Shown: in pieces, positions 23,287-32,818 of the stretch
Layout of the letters: every line of letters starts with the position of its first letter
How positions within the stretch are numbered: the stretch's first letter is position 1
Source: Bacteroidota bacterium
GTDB taxonomy: Bacteria > Bacteroidota > Bacteroidia > Cytophagales > Cyclobacteriaceae
DNA: 64,000 nucleotides
Direction: 5' to 3'
Assembly: GCA_947470895.1 (NCBI GenBank)
Contig: CANIVF010000018.1
Coordinates: 2,409-66,408 of the forward strand
Notes under the pieces: generated by a model
What the model saw: the letters and a program-made list of their open reading frames with translations, nothing else
Database searches by the model: none
What the model was told of the DNA's origin: nothing
Made by a program: the position numbers and the translations under genes

Positions 23287-23547
23287 TTACTTGGCCTTTT
23301 CGATGATTTCAACCAATCTCCATCTTTTGCTTTTACTCAACGGGCGAGTTTCCATAATGCGAACAGTATCACCGATACCCGCTTGATTACTTTCATCGTG
23401 AGCCATGAACTTGGTCGTTTTGTTCATGAATTTTCCATAGATAGGGTGCTTTACCTTGCGGTCGATTGCAATAGTGATTGACTTAGTCATCTTATTGCTT
23501 ACCACCTTACCTACACGTTCTTTTCTTAGGTTTCTTACCGTCTCCAT
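23287..23547 (-). CDS. rpsQ: 30S ribosomal protein S17
   Basis: 86 aa. Confidence 0.96.
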   Translation of the reverse strand: METVRNLRKERVGKVVSNKMTKSITIAIDRKVKHPIYGKFMNKTTKFMAHDESNQAGIGDTVRIMETRPLSKSKRWRLVEIIEKAK

Positions 23548-23553
23548 GAGAAA

Positions 23554-23748
23554 TTACTTTTGAGTTTCTTTTCCTTTTAATTCTGTCTTCAAGCGGGCTA
23601 TTAGCCTACGTGTTTCCTTTATTCTCATTGGGTTTTCGATAGCGGAAACCTGATGAGCAAATTTCATCTTGCGCAAAGCTTCTGCCTCACTTCCAATCTT
23701 CTCGTTGAGCTCCGCTAAAGTCAATCCTTTAATCTCTGCGTTTTTCAT
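23554..23748 (-). CDS. rpmC: 50S ribosomal protein L29
   Basis: 64 aa with a 4-nt overlap with rplP. Confidence 0.95.
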   Translation of the reverse strand: MKNAEIKGLTLAELNEKIGSEAEALRKMKFAHQVSAIENPMRIKETRRLIARLKTELKGKETQK

Positions 23749-24176
23749 TTTGCTGCTTGTTCTACGTAATCTCTTCTAACAGTAAACTTTGTCTTGATGG
23801 GAAGTTTTCCATCGGCAAGAGCCAAGGCCTTCTTGGCAGTTTCCTCGGTAACACCACCTGCTTCAAACAAGATGGTTCCTGGCTTAATCACTGCTACCCA
23901 ATATTCAGGAGCTCCTTTACCCTTACCCATACGAACCTCCGCAGGCTTTCTAGTAATCGGTTTATCTGGGAACACCCTGATCCAAACCTGACCCTCGCGT
24001 TTCATTTCACGGGTAACAGCTACCCTGGCTGCTTCTAACTGACGAGCTGTTAGCCAGCATGGCTCTAAAGCTTTCAATGCAAATGATCCGAAAGCAATAG
24101 AATGACCACGAGTGGCACTTCCTTTCGTCTTTCCCTTCTGCATTTTTCTGAATTTCGTCCGCTTGGGCTGTAACAT
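23745..24176 (-). CDS. rplP: 50S ribosomal protein L16
   Basis: 143 aa ([11 protein letters not shown]..). Confidence 0.97.
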   Translation of the reverse strand: MLQPKRTKFRKMQKGKTKGSATRGHSIAFGSFALKALEPCWLTARQLEAARVAVTREMKREGQVWIRVFPDKPITRKPAEVRMGKGKGAPEYWVAVIKPGTILFEAGGVTEETAKKALALADGKLPIKTKFTVRRDYVEQAAK

Positions 24177-24204
24177 GATTTACTATCTTTTAAAGTCCTT
24201 CTAA

Positions 24205-25011
24205 TTATTTTCTTCGGTCGCCTGACTTCTCCCCACCTCTTACACCGCGATCATCTCGTCCGCCACGATCACTTCTTCCTCCACGGTCACGATCTCCACC
24301 TCTTCTTCTATCACCACCTTGCTGACCTCCTTTGTTTTCTCCAGTTGCATTGCTTACGACTCCTACATTGGGAGATAAGTCACGCTTGCCGTAGACTTCA
24401 CCTTTGAAGATCCACACTTTGATACCGATCTTTCCATATACAGTCTGAGCTTCAGAAATTGCATAATCAATATCAGCACGAAGAGTATGAAGTGGAATTC
24501 TACCTTCCTTATATTGTTCGGTACGAGCCATTTCGGCACCAGCCAAACGTCCAGACAGCTTTACTTTAATACCTTCTGCACCCACTCTCATGGTAGAAGC
24601 AATAGCTTGCTTCATTGCTCTACGGTAAGAAATTCTTGCTTCGAGTTGCTGTGCGATTGACTCGCCTACCAATCTTGCATCCAATTCAGGACGTTTGATT
24701 TCGAAGATATTGATCTGCACATCCTTGCTGGTGAGCTTCTTCAATTCTTCCTTAATCTTATCTACCTCAGTGCCACCCTTTCCAATAACTACACCAGGAC
24801 GGGCAGTATGGATAGTAAGAGTGATTCTTTTCAATGTACGCTCGATAACAACTTTTGAAATGCCGCCTTTTTGAATACGTGCATCTATATATTTTCTAAT
24901 TTTTTGATCCTCTACCAGTTTATCAGCGAAGTTTTTTCCACCAAACCAGCTAGAATCCCATCCGCGGACGATACCTAATCTGAATCCTACAGGGTTAATC
25001 TTCTGTCCCAT
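24205..25011 (-). CDS. rpsC: 30S ribosomal protein S3 with RGG/RGD-rich C-terminal tail
   Basis: 268 aa with an S3 core plus the tail [41 protein letters not shown]. Confidence 0.97.
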   Translation of the reverse strand: MGQKINPVGFRLGIVRGWDSSWFGGKNFADKLVEDQKIRKYIDARIQKGGISKVVIERTLKRITLTIHTARPGVVIGKGGTEVDKIKEELKKLTSKDVQINIFEIKRPELDARLVGESIAQQLEARISYRRAMKQAIASTMRVGAEGIKVKLSGRLAGAEMARTEQYKEGRIPLHTLRADIDYAISEAQTVYGKIGIKVWIFKGEVYGKRDLSPNVGVVSNATGENKGGQQGGDRRRGGDRDRGGRSDRGGRDDRGVRGGEKSGDRRK

Positions 25012-25478
25012 TATTCTTTAGTTTCTTTTGGTTCTGACTTAGCTACTTTAACCTCTGCAGGCATGCGATCCACAACCAGCGTTACATGGTTAGATCTTTT
25101 TCTGATTCTGTGGGCTCTTCCTTGGGGAGCAGGCCGAAGACGCTTTAACTGGCGGCCTCCATCAACAAAAACCTCTTTGACGAAAAGATCAGCCTCCTCA
25201 AGTTTCACATCTGCGTTTTTTGCTTGCCAGCTGCTGATAGCAGAAAGGAGCAATTTTTCCATTTTAGCTGAAGCATGCTGAGCCTCATATTTAAGGATAC
25301 TTAAGGCTCTGCTTACGCGCTCCCCACGGATAATGTCTGCTACCAATCTCATCTTACGAGGAGAAGAAGGGACATTCTTTAAATAAGATGTTGCAGGACC
25401 TTGCTTTGCAGCTTCCTTCACGGCAGCGATCTTTTCTCTTTTCTGAACAGATCCTTTCTTTTTCTTAACTGTTTCCAT
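25011..25478 (-). CDS. rplV: 50S ribosomal protein L22 (with N- and C-terminal charged extensions)
   Basis: 155 aa with an L22 core ([14 protein letters not shown]..). Confidence 0.96.
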   Translation of the reverse strand: METVKKKKGSVQKREKIAAVKEAAKQGPATSYLKNVPSSPRKMRLVADIIRGERVSRALSILKYEAQHASAKMEKLLLSAISSWQAKNADVKLEEADLFVKEVFVDGGRQLKRLRPAPQGRAHRIRKRSNHVTLVVDRMPAEVKVAKSEPKETKE

Positions 25479-25502
25479 ACCCGGAATTCTTAACTGTTAT
25501 TA

Positions 25503-25775
25503 TTAGGCCTTGTTGTTGTTTCCTGAGTGTCCTTTGAAGGTACGAGTAGGAGCAAATTCTCCTAGCTTGTGACCAACCATGTTCTCCGTTACATAAACCG
25601 GAATAAACTTGTTTCCGTTATGAACTGCGAACGTATGACCGATGCAATCCGGAACGATGGTGGATCTACGTGACCAGGTTTTGATCACTGATTTCTTACC
25701 AGCTTGTTCCATAGTCTGCACCTTTTTAGCCAAGCGTGCATCTAAATAAGGACCTTTTTTAATTGACCTTCCCAT
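25503..25775 (-). CDS. rpsS: 30S ribosomal protein S19
   Basis: 90 aa. Confidence 0.97.
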   Translation of the reverse strand: MGRSIKKGPYLDARLAKKVQTMEQAGKKSVIKTWSRRSTIVPDCIGHTFAVHNGNKFIPVYVTENMVGHKLGEFAPTRTFKGHSGNNNKA

Positions 25776-25777
25776 AA

Positions 25778-26602
25778 TTATTTCTTCCTTCTAGCAATGA
25801 TTAAACCATCAGAATACTTCTTTGGATGACGTGTCTTCTTGCCTTTAGACAACAAGCCGTTTCTTGAGCGAGGGTGACCCCCAGAAGCTCTACCTTCACC
25901 ACCACCCATCGGGTGATCGACAGGATTCATCGCCACTGGTCTTGTACGAGGACGAACACCTCTCCAACGGCTTCGACCTGCCTTTCCAACGCTTTCATTC
26001 ATGTGCTCTGCATTTGATACTATTCCTACAGTAGCAAGGCAATTCACCAATACGTTCCGCAATTCACCTGAAGGCATCTTTAGAGTAGCATAAACTGCCT
26101 CGCGAGCTACTAACTGTACAAATGAACCAGCACTACGCGCGATAGAAGCTCCACGACCCGGATTTATTTCTACATTATGAATAATTGTTCCAATAGGAAT
26201 TTTAGAAAGAGGAAGCGCATTTCCAACCTCAGGAGCGATATCTGAACCTGAAATCAAGATCTGGCCAACTTTTATTCCATGTGGTGCAATGATGTATGAC
26301 TTAACACCATCAGCATAAAAAATCTTTGCGATACGAGCTGTTCTTGAGGGATCATACTCAATTGACTTTACAACAGCAGGAATGTTGAAACGATCTCGCT
26401 TGAAATCGATGATACGAGTCTTTTGCTTATGCCCACCACCGATGTAGCGCATGGTCATTTTTCCAGTATTATTACGTCCGCCCGTTTTTTTGAGGGTAAT
26501 TAGCAGAGACTTCTCTGGCTTGGTTTCCGTAATATCTTCAAAACCAGGAGACAACCTATGACGGGTGCCTGCGGTAATTGGTCTAAGTTTCTTCAACGCC
26601 AT
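25778..26602 (-). CDS. rplB: 50S ribosomal protein L2
   Basis: 274 aa. Confidence 0.97.
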   Translation of the reverse strand: MALKKLRPITAGTRHRLSPGFEDITETKPEKSLLITLKKTGGRNNTGKMTMRYIGGGHKQKTRIIDFKRDRFNIPAVVKSIEYDPSRTARIAKIFYADGVKSYIIAPHGIKVGQILISGSDIAPEVGNALPLSKIPIGTIIHNVEINPGRGASIARSAGSFVQLVAREAVYATLKMPSGELRNVLVNCLATVGIVSNAEHMNESVGKAGRSRWRGVRPRTRPVAMNPVDHPMGGGEGRASGGHPRSRNGLLSKGKKTRHPKKYSDGLIIARRKK

Positions 26603-26613
26603 TGTTACAAATA

Positions 26614-26901
26614 TTATACGTTGCTATAAAAATCGATTACTTCTCCTTCAGCCAACGTAACGATAGCCTTCTTGTAGCTAGCCTTGCGACCAGACAAAAC
26701 ACCTGACTTCGTAAAACGAGACTTAAATTTTCCCAACACGTTGATCGTATTTACACGAGCCACGTTTACACCGTACATTTTTTCTACGGCACTCTTAATT
26801 TCCACTTTATTAGCTGATGCATCTACGATGAAACCGTATTTACCTTTTTCATTCAAGGCAGAAACTTTTTCAGTTACCAGGGGGCTGCTTAATATACTCA
26901 T
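26614..26901 (-). CDS. rplW: 50S ribosomal protein L23
   Basis: 95 aa. Confidence 0.96.
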   Translation of the reverse strand: MSILSSPLVTEKVSALNEKGKYGFIVDASANKVEIKSAVEKMYGVNVARVNTINVLGKFKSRFTKSGVLSGRKASYKKAIVTLAEGEVIDFYSNV

Positions 26902-26905
26902 GGTA

Positions 26906-27538
26906 TTACTGTTTATTTAATAAGTTATCAATCTTGCTCAATGAGCTCTCCACGAAGATCAACTGCTCAGCATTCATCACATCATATGTGTTGATTTGAT
27001 CCGCAGTAACAATCTTAGCGTTTTGAACATTTCTGCCAGAAAGAACGATGCTGCTATTTGTTTCAGGAAGAACAAGAAGTGTCTTTTTGCCATCCATTGA
27101 AAGCGCCTTAAGCATCGCTAAATATTGCTTAGTCTTAGGAGCTGCAAAGTTGAAATCCTCTACTACTGAAATCATGTTATCCTTTGCCTTGTAAGCCAAT
27201 GCTGATTTGCGAGCAAGATCTTTAACCTTCTTGTTCAATTTGAAAGAGTAATCTCTTGGTTGAGGACCGAATACACGACCACCACCTTTGTATTGAGGGT
27301 TCTTGATGTTACCCGCACGAGCTCCACCAGTACCTTTTTGTTTCTTCAATTTCCTAGATGATCCAGAAATCTCATTACGCTGTTTAGACTTGTGAGTGCC
27401 TTGGCGTTGGTTAGCCAAAAAACTCTTTACATCTAACCAGATAGCATGGTCATTAGGCTCTATACCGAAAACCTCGCTAGTGAGGCTTACCTTGCGGCCG
27501 GTGTTCTCACCGCTATATTTTACAACTGCTATGTCCAT
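26906..27538 (-). CDS. rplD: 50S ribosomal protein L4
   Basis: 210 aa. Confidence 0.97.
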   Translation of the reverse strand: MDIAVVKYSGENTGRKVSLTSEVFGIEPNDHAIWLDVKSFLANQRQGTHKSKQRNEISGSSRKLKKQKGTGGARAGNIKNPQYKGGGRVFGPQPRDYSFKLNKKVKDLARKSALAYKAKDNMISVVEDFNFAAPKTKQYLAMLKALSMDGKKTLLVLPETNSSIVLSGRNVQNAKIVTADQINTYDVMNAEQLIFVESSLSKIDNLLNKQ

Positions 27539-28170
27539 TACTTATGCAGGATTATGGTTGAATTCTTTGCACCAGGAACAGATCCGCTAACCAGAATCAG
27601 ATTTTTATCTGCCATGATTTTGATCACTTCCAGATTCATGGTCGTAACACGATCCGTACCCATACGGCCTGGAAGACGCTTTCCTTTGATAACTCGGGAA
27701 GCGAACGATGCGTTACCCATAGAACCGGGAGCACGAAGGCGGTTATGCTGACCGTGGGTTTGACCACCCACACCGGCAAATCCGTAACGTTTCACAACGC
27801 CCTGGAATCCTTTTCCTTTTGAAGTGCCTACTGCATCGATGAAGTCACCTTCTGCGAATACGTCATTCAGGTTAATCTCTTTTCCCAATTCGGCCATCGC
27901 ATCGAACTCCTGACCGAAGTCTCTGAATTCTACTACAGCTCTCTTTGGTGTCGTGTTGGCTTTTTTGAAATGACCAACCAGCGGCTTGGTGGTGTTCTTC
28001 TCTTTCTTCTCTCCGAAGGAAAGTTGAACAGCCCTGTACCCATCCGTCTCAGCGTTTTTCACCTGAGTAACTACACATGGGCCAGCCTCGATGACAGTTA
28101 CAGCTATATTCTGGCCATCTGGGCCAAATACGCTTGTCATTCCTATTTTACGTCCTATTATTCCAGGCAT
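27538..28170 (-). CDS. rplC: 50S ribosomal protein L3
   Basis: 210 aa ([15 protein letters not shown]..). It is the first gene of the cluster in this window. Confidence 0.97.
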   Translation of the reverse strand: MPGIIGRKIGMTSVFGPDGQNIAVTVIEAGPCVVTQVKNAETDGYRAVQLSFGEKKEKNTTKPLVGHFKKANTTPKRAVVEFRDFGQEFDAMAELGKEINLNDVFAEGDFIDAVGTSKGKGFQGVVKRYGFAGVGGQTHGQHNRLRAPGSMGNASFASRVIKGKRLPGRMGTDRVTTMNLEVIKIMADKNLILVSGSVPGAKNSTIILHK

Positions 28171-28203
28171 GGTTGAAACCTATTTTGCTTGTTTTTTAAT
28201 CGA

Positions 28204-28225
28204 TTTGCGGGTTTTGTACCGCAAA
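28204..28225 (-). promoter_or_regulatory. 5-prime leader stem-loop of the rplC transcript
   Basis: TTTGCGG-N8-CCGCAAA hairpin lying between the predicted promoter and the rplC start. No U-tract follows on the minus strand. Confidence 0.3.
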
Positions 28226-28233
28226 AAGGATTG

Positions 28234-28263
28234 CAAAGATAGGAACTAAAGCTTAGGTAACAA
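28234..28263 (-). promoter_or_regulatory. Candidate promoter of the ribosomal superoperon (TTG-N19-TATCTTTG)
   Basis: The minus strand reads cacTTG ttacctaagctttagttcc TATCTTTG, about 64 nt upstream of the rplC ATG. It matches the Bacteroidota -33/-7 consensus and spacing. Confidence 0.45.
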
Positions 28264-28460
28264 GTGACGCTTTCAAAAAAATCCAGGAATTTGAATATCG
28301 TTCAGATTTAGAGAAATAATTTTATAATAAGAAATTGATTAACAATGGATTAAATAAAATCTGGTGAAGCATTTTATTTATGCCCAAAATACTGATTGCC
28401 GGTAATTTTCCTCAAAGATGAAAAAGGACTTACTTTTCCGGTCAATTGTTAAGACACCCG

Positions 28461-29480
28461 ATGAACCGTAAAAAATATTGGAAAAAAGGCCTGATGCTGA
28501 GTTTTATCCTAGCCCTTCTTTTTTTTGCTGATGTGCTGGTGGGCAGTGTCCATATTCCTATAAATGACCTTTTATCAGCAGGTACGGGAAAGTCAACCAC
28601 CTCCTCAGATATCCTTTTACAATTCAGACTCCCAAAAGCAATGACATGCGTACTGGCGGGAGGGGCTTTGGCTACCGGAGGACTTCTTATGCAAACTCTT
28701 TTCAGAAATCCTTTGGCAGGGCCCGATGTACTTGGTCTTAGTTCTGGCGCTAGCCTGATGGTGGCCATCTTGATTTTCGCAAGCCAGTCCAATGCAGGTC
28801 TAAGCCTGCTGTTTTTTACTAGTCCCTGGAGCATCGCCATCGGTGCCAGCGTGGGCGGAGGTCTCGTCTTTATTTTGATTATCGCCATTGCTCAATATAT
28901 AAAGGACAATACATCGCTTTTGATAATTGGCCTGATGGTAAGTGCTGTCACGTCCTCATTAGTTAGTGTGCTCCAATTTATTGGGCAGGCGGAAGATCTA
29001 CAGACTTTCATGATATGGACGCTCGGAAGCGTAGGAAGCACAAACTGGAATGAATTAAAAGTGTTGGCCGCTGTCGTAAGTATTGGAATCACCATTGCCT
29101 ATTTTTCAAGCAAATCCCTCAATATTTGGCTTTTAGGAGAAAATTATGCACAAGGGCTTGGTATGAATGTGCCTCACTCGCGTTTTTGGATTGTGGTGAG
29201 TACAGGTTTATTAACCGGTGCGGTTACTGCATTTTGTGGCCCTATCACTTTCGTAGGATTAGCCGTCCCTCATTTAGTTCGGTTGTTGGTTCCAACTACC
29301 AATCATAAAATTCTGATTCCAGCTGTGATTTGCGGGGGAGCTAGTTTATTGCTTTTGTGTGATCTGATTTCACAACTTCCGGGAAACACACAAATTCTTC
29401 CCCTGAATGCGGTGACCTCGTTAATTGGGGCTCCCATTGTTATTTGGATGATCATTAAATCAAAGACTGTCCGTGTCTAA
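28461..29480 (+). CDS. FecCD-family ABC permease (iron-siderophore/heme/B12 importer type)
   Basis: Multi-TM protein with a typical FecCD pattern (RNPLAGPDVLGLSSGA, PLNAVTSLIGAPIVIWM). The start was set to the first ATG (28461); the ORF track starts at a TTG at 28446. Confidence 0.85.
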   Translation: MNRKKYWKKGLMLSFILALLFFADVLVGSVHIPINDLLSAGTGKSTTSSDILLQFRLPKAMTCVLAGGALATGGLLMQTLFRNPLAGPDVLGLSSGASLMVAILIFASQSNAGLSLLFFTSPWSIAIGASVGGGLVFILIIAIAQYIKDNTSLLIIGLMVSAVTSSLVSVLQFIGQAEDLQTFMIWTLGSVGSTNWNELKVLAAVVSIGITIAYFSSKSLNIWLLGENYAQGLGMNVPHSRFWIVVSTGLLTGAVTAFCGPITFVGLAVPHLVRLLVPTTNHKILIPAVICGGASLLLLCDLISQLPGNTQILPLNAVTSLIGAPIVIWMIIKSKTVRV

Positions 29481-30441
29481 AACAAAAACCATCGTTCAAA
29501 CCTATAACTTATCCATTGGCTATAACCAGGATGGAAAAGCACTTTGCCTTTTTGATAGCCTGAACATCACGCTCTCGGCAGGAGAACTGGTTTGTTTCAT
29601 GGGGCCCAATGGTATTGGCAAGTCATCGCTGATTAGAACACTGGCGGGATTACAAAGACCTTTGGAAGGAGAAATTCATATATCCAAAGAACAGGCTATT
29701 GCCTTGGTGCTTACCGACAAGATAACCGCTGTAAACATGAGTGTGTATGACCTCATCTCATATGGACGCTATCCATACTTGAGTTGGAATATATCGCTCA
29801 GCAAAAGAGATCACGCCTTAATTAATGAGGCAATTACTTTGGTTCATATCGAAGACCTCATCAACAAAAGACTGTATGAATTGAGTGATGGCCAGCTTCA
29901 AATGGTCATGATTGCAAAAGCACTTACTCAAGATACTCCTGTTTTATTTTTGGATGAGCCCACCGCCCATTTGGATTTGAATAATCGCGTGGAGATCATG
30001 AACACGTTGCGAGAACTTTCGAGAACTGCAGGAAAAGCAATTCTAGTAGTCACTCACGAGCTCGACCTTGCCTTACAAACAGCGGATAGAATCTGGCTTG
30101 CCACAACCGATAAAAAAATTAAAGAAGGCATTCCTGAAGATCTGGTGTTGGATGGCTCCTTCGACCAAGTATTTCAATTTAAAGGCTTCGATTTAAAAAC
30201 CGGTAAAGTACATCATAAACCTTATCGCAATATTTCTGTGAATTTAATTGGAGACGGGCACGAATATTTATGGACTAAAAATGCTCTGGAACGTGCAGGC
30301 TATGGAATGGAAAAAAATTCCTCTATCACAATTGAGGTGCATGCAACCTCAAATTCTCCTTTATGGGATCTGACTTCTGAAAACAAGAAAACGGTTTTTA
30401 GCTCGCTGGCTAAATTATTGAACAACCTGAAATCCCATTAA
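29473..30441 (+). CDS. ABC transporter ATP-binding protein (FepC/BtuD-like) with C-terminal extension
   Basis: Walker A GPNGIGKSS, signature LSDGQ and Walker B VLFLDEPTAHLD. About 70 extra C-terminal residues. The start overlaps the permease stop by 8 nt. Confidence 0.88.
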   Translation: MSKTKTIVQTYNLSIGYNQDGKALCLFDSLNITLSAGELVCFMGPNGIGKSSLIRTLAGLQRPLEGEIHISKEQAIALVLTDKITAVNMSVYDLISYGRYPYLSWNISLSKRDHALINEAITLVHIEDLINKRLYELSDGQLQMVMIAKALTQDTPVLFLDEPTAHLDLNNRVEIMNTLRELSRTAGKAILVVTHELDLALQTADRIWLATTDKKIKEGIPEDLVLDGSFDQVFQFKGFDLKTGKVHHKPYRNISVNLIGDGHEYLWTKNALERAGYGMEKNSSITIEVHATSNSPLWDLTSENKKTVFSSLAKLLNNLKSH

Positions 30442-30476
30442 GAAATCTCAGGTTGTCTTAATAAAATATGGTAATT

Positions 30477-31544
30477 CTAAATACGCTCTACCCCTAACCC
30501 TGGTTTGTCAGAGCAAGACATAATTCCATCCTTCAAGATAAATCCGCCATTCACTTCATCACGACCTAAATCAAGGCTACCATCCAAGTCAATGTATTTT
30601 GTATTGGCACAAGCAAAAGCCGCATGAAGCGCAGCCGTAATACTAACAATACCTTCGTCATTACAACCCCAGAATAAATCGATTTTTGCCTGCACAGCAA
30701 TATCTGCGATTTTCAACGCCTGACTTACTCCTCCACATTTCATCAGCTTGATATTGAAAATACCTGCAGCTATTGGAGGCATTACCAAATCGAGCGCATT
30801 CGTTGGTGTGAGTAGCGATTCATCTGCCGCAACTATAGTCCTGATTTCCTGAGGGAGTTGCTTCATCTCAGCCACTGATTTGGCAGGAAGTGGTTGCTCA
30901 ATCAATTCAATATTAAGATGCTTGGTCTTTTGATAAAATTCGATGGTTTGATTTAAGGTGTAGCCCTGGTTGGCATCAATCCGGATCACGAACTTATCTC
31001 CAAACTTTTCTCTCAGCTTGACCATTCGTTCAATATCCTCGTTCAGATCTCTGCCCAGTTTTACCTTGAGCACTTTGAAACCACGTTCCCCATATTCCTG
31101 TGCTTCTTTCAAAGTTTCTTCCACGTTTTTTATGCCGATGGTATTGGAAGTAGGCAGTGAGTGGATTTTTTGGCCGAGATATTTAACCAGCGGAACCCCT
31201 AAATATTTTGTAAATGCATCGTATAAAGCAATATCAAGCGCAGCCCGGGCTGCAGGGTTGGCTGGAAGTTTTTGCCATATCTCATAAGTAAGTTGATTAA
31301 TCTCCCTGATATCCCTGCCAATCAAAAATTGAATGTTGCTTTCCTTCAACGCATCTATGCAACTGTCAAAATATTCACCCGTTACATGTTCACTCGGATT
31401 GCCCGAACCAATTCCGGTAACGCCATTATCCAATGTTATTTCAACAAATGCATTTAATACTTCATCAACCGTTTTAAAAGCGATGGTGTAAGGCTTTGTA
31501 TTTTCAAGATCCGCCCTCCAAACCTTTATGTCTTTAATTCTCAT
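30477..31544 (-). CDS. Enolase-superfamily dipeptide epimerase / N-acyl amino acid racemase-like enzyme
   Basis: 355 aa with a KxK motif (LKVKLG), metal ligands (IRIDANQG, IEQP, VAADES) and a second catalytic Lys (NIKLMKCGG). Confidence 0.85.
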   Translation of the reverse strand: MRIKDIKVWRADLENTKPYTIAFKTVDEVLNAFVEITLDNGVTGIGSGNPSEHVTGEYFDSCIDALKESNIQFLIGRDIREINQLTYEIWQKLPANPAARAALDIALYDAFTKYLGVPLVKYLGQKIHSLPTSNTIGIKNVEETLKEAQEYGERGFKVLKVKLGRDLNEDIERMVKLREKFGDKFVIRIDANQGYTLNQTIEFYQKTKHLNIELIEQPLPAKSVAEMKQLPQEIRTIVAADESLLTPTNALDLVMPPIAAGIFNIKLMKCGGVSQALKIADIAVQAKIDLFWGCNDEGIVSITAALHAAFACANTKYIDLDGSLDLGRDEVNGGFILKDGIMSCSDKPGLGVERI

Positions 31545-31555
31545 TTTGGATTTTA

Positions 31556-32632
31556 TTAAACTTGTGCGATTGATTTATCAATCATGTCTTTGAATATTGC
31601 TACCAAACGATCCATGCCATCCTCCAATGGCATAACCACAGGAATGCCCAATTCCTTTTCCTTCTCAGTAACATAATCCTTCCCCTGCTGACTCGTCATT
31701 TTAGCCGTATTCACCGTTATCGCAACCGTTGGGGCACCGTATGTTTTGATTAGTGCAATTTCATCTTTCAACTCGGGTATGTAAGCGGGATAATACTCCA
31801 TGTCTTTGTATTGCTTGCGCAGCGGATGATGTTGAAGTACTACCGCGTTCGCATCACCTGACACAATCCACTCAGCTCCTGCAGGGCCGCTCGGGTTTCT
31901 TAATGATGATTGGCCTTCAATAAAAATAATATCTGGCTTGGCTTCTTCCCAGCATTGCACAATGGCATGCTCCATTTCTCCAGAAATAAAATCATTCAAC
32001 GTGCTATCAAATACGAAACCATATTTAGCTCCTTGCATCCATCCGGTTTGCCCGGTATAAATCATTTCGGCACGATAGCCGGCTTTTTTCATTGCCTCAG
32101 TAAGGAATCTTGTAGTGGTTCTCTTTCCTAATGCACAATCTGTACCGAGCACCGCAATTTTAGGACAATGCACATTTTTTATTTTTCCAGACCAGAAATG
32201 AAGGTCTTTAAATTTCTTAGGCTTGCGTACGTCTATGATTTCCAACCCGCGTGATCTTGCAAAATCAGCCAGTTCTGGAATTTCAGAAATATATTCATGC
32301 AGTCCGTTTACAAGTCCGTATCCATGAATAAGCGCATCTCTCAAAATCGCTCTCAGCGAATCAGGAATCACACCACCCTTTGTGGCCACCCCAATGATGC
32401 AATATTTAGCTTGCTCCTTGGATGATTTGGTAAATTCTTCCACCGTAGCATAAACAGGAATGTTACGCTTCTTACCATCGAGCACCTCTCCGGCATCTTT
32501 ACCGGGATGTTTTGGATCAATGACTCCAATGATATTAAACCGATCAGATCCGCGAATAAGTCCGTGGGCTGTTTTGCCGCTGCTTGAATCCAGGTAGCCG
32601 GCAGTAATTACAATGGCGTTGCTTTTTTGCAT
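31556..32632 (-). CDS. DUF1611 domain protein (DgcN-like)
   Basis: 358 aa with an N-terminal Rossmann-like part (GKTAHGLIRGSDRFNIIGVID) and a P-loop-like VLGTDCALGKRTTT. Lies 11 nt upstream of the epimerase on the same strand. Confidence 0.75.
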   Translation of the reverse strand: MQKSNAIVITAGYLDSSSGKTAHGLIRGSDRFNIIGVIDPKHPGKDAGEVLDGKKRNIPVYATVEEFTKSSKEQAKYCIIGVATKGGVIPDSLRAILRDALIHGYGLVNGLHEYISEIPELADFARSRGLEIIDVRKPKKFKDLHFWSGKIKNVHCPKIAVLGTDCALGKRTTTRFLTEAMKKAGYRAEMIYTGQTGWMQGAKYGFVFDSTLNDFISGEMEHAIVQCWEEAKPDIIFIEGQSSLRNPSGPAGAEWIVSGDANAVVLQHHPLRKQYKDMEYYPAYIPELKDEIALIKTYGAPTVAITVNTAKMTSQQGKDYVTEKEKELGIPVVMPLEDGMDRLVAIFKDMIDKSIAQV

Positions 32633-32793
32633 AGATTAAATCAGAAAGGCGAAAATTTCGCGTATTAATTACTAATTACAAAGACTTTACACCAGGCGTC
32701 TTTAATAATTGAAGGTTTACGCGCGCTCCTCCTTCAATTAAAGATCATATTCAAGCCCGTTTGCGAATTCTGTGAACAGTTTTAGGTTTAATG

Positions 32794-32801
32794 TAAATTT
32801 G
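32794..32801 (+). promoter_or_regulatory. Candidate -7 box (TAAATTTG) for rlmN
   Basis: Matches TAnnTTTG 18 nt before the rlmN ATG. No properly spaced -33 element. Confidence 0.3.
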
Positions 32802-32818
32802 CACTTCAAACCCATACC

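Noticed and set aside
28300-28445. Possible cobalamin riboswitch upstream of the FecCD/FepC importer (CTGGTGAAGC and GATTGCCGG resemble parts of the B12 element)
   Set aside because: - Only two short fragments match.
- The AGGGAA / GCCACTG / full B12-box elements are missing.
- The space is too short for a complete aptamer.
- An Infernal scan with RF00174/RF01689 would settle it.
28171-28445. Search for a hidden rpsJ (S10) or other small ORF upstream of rplC
   Set aside because: No reading frame on either strand gives an S10-like sequence or any ORF of meaningful length. The region reads as promoter/leader DNA.
28442-28888. 148-aa antisense ORF inside the FecCD permease gene
   Set aside because: It lies entirely within a well-supported membrane-protein gene on the other strand. 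Its Ala/Pro/Arg-rich composition is typical of a mirror-frame artefact.
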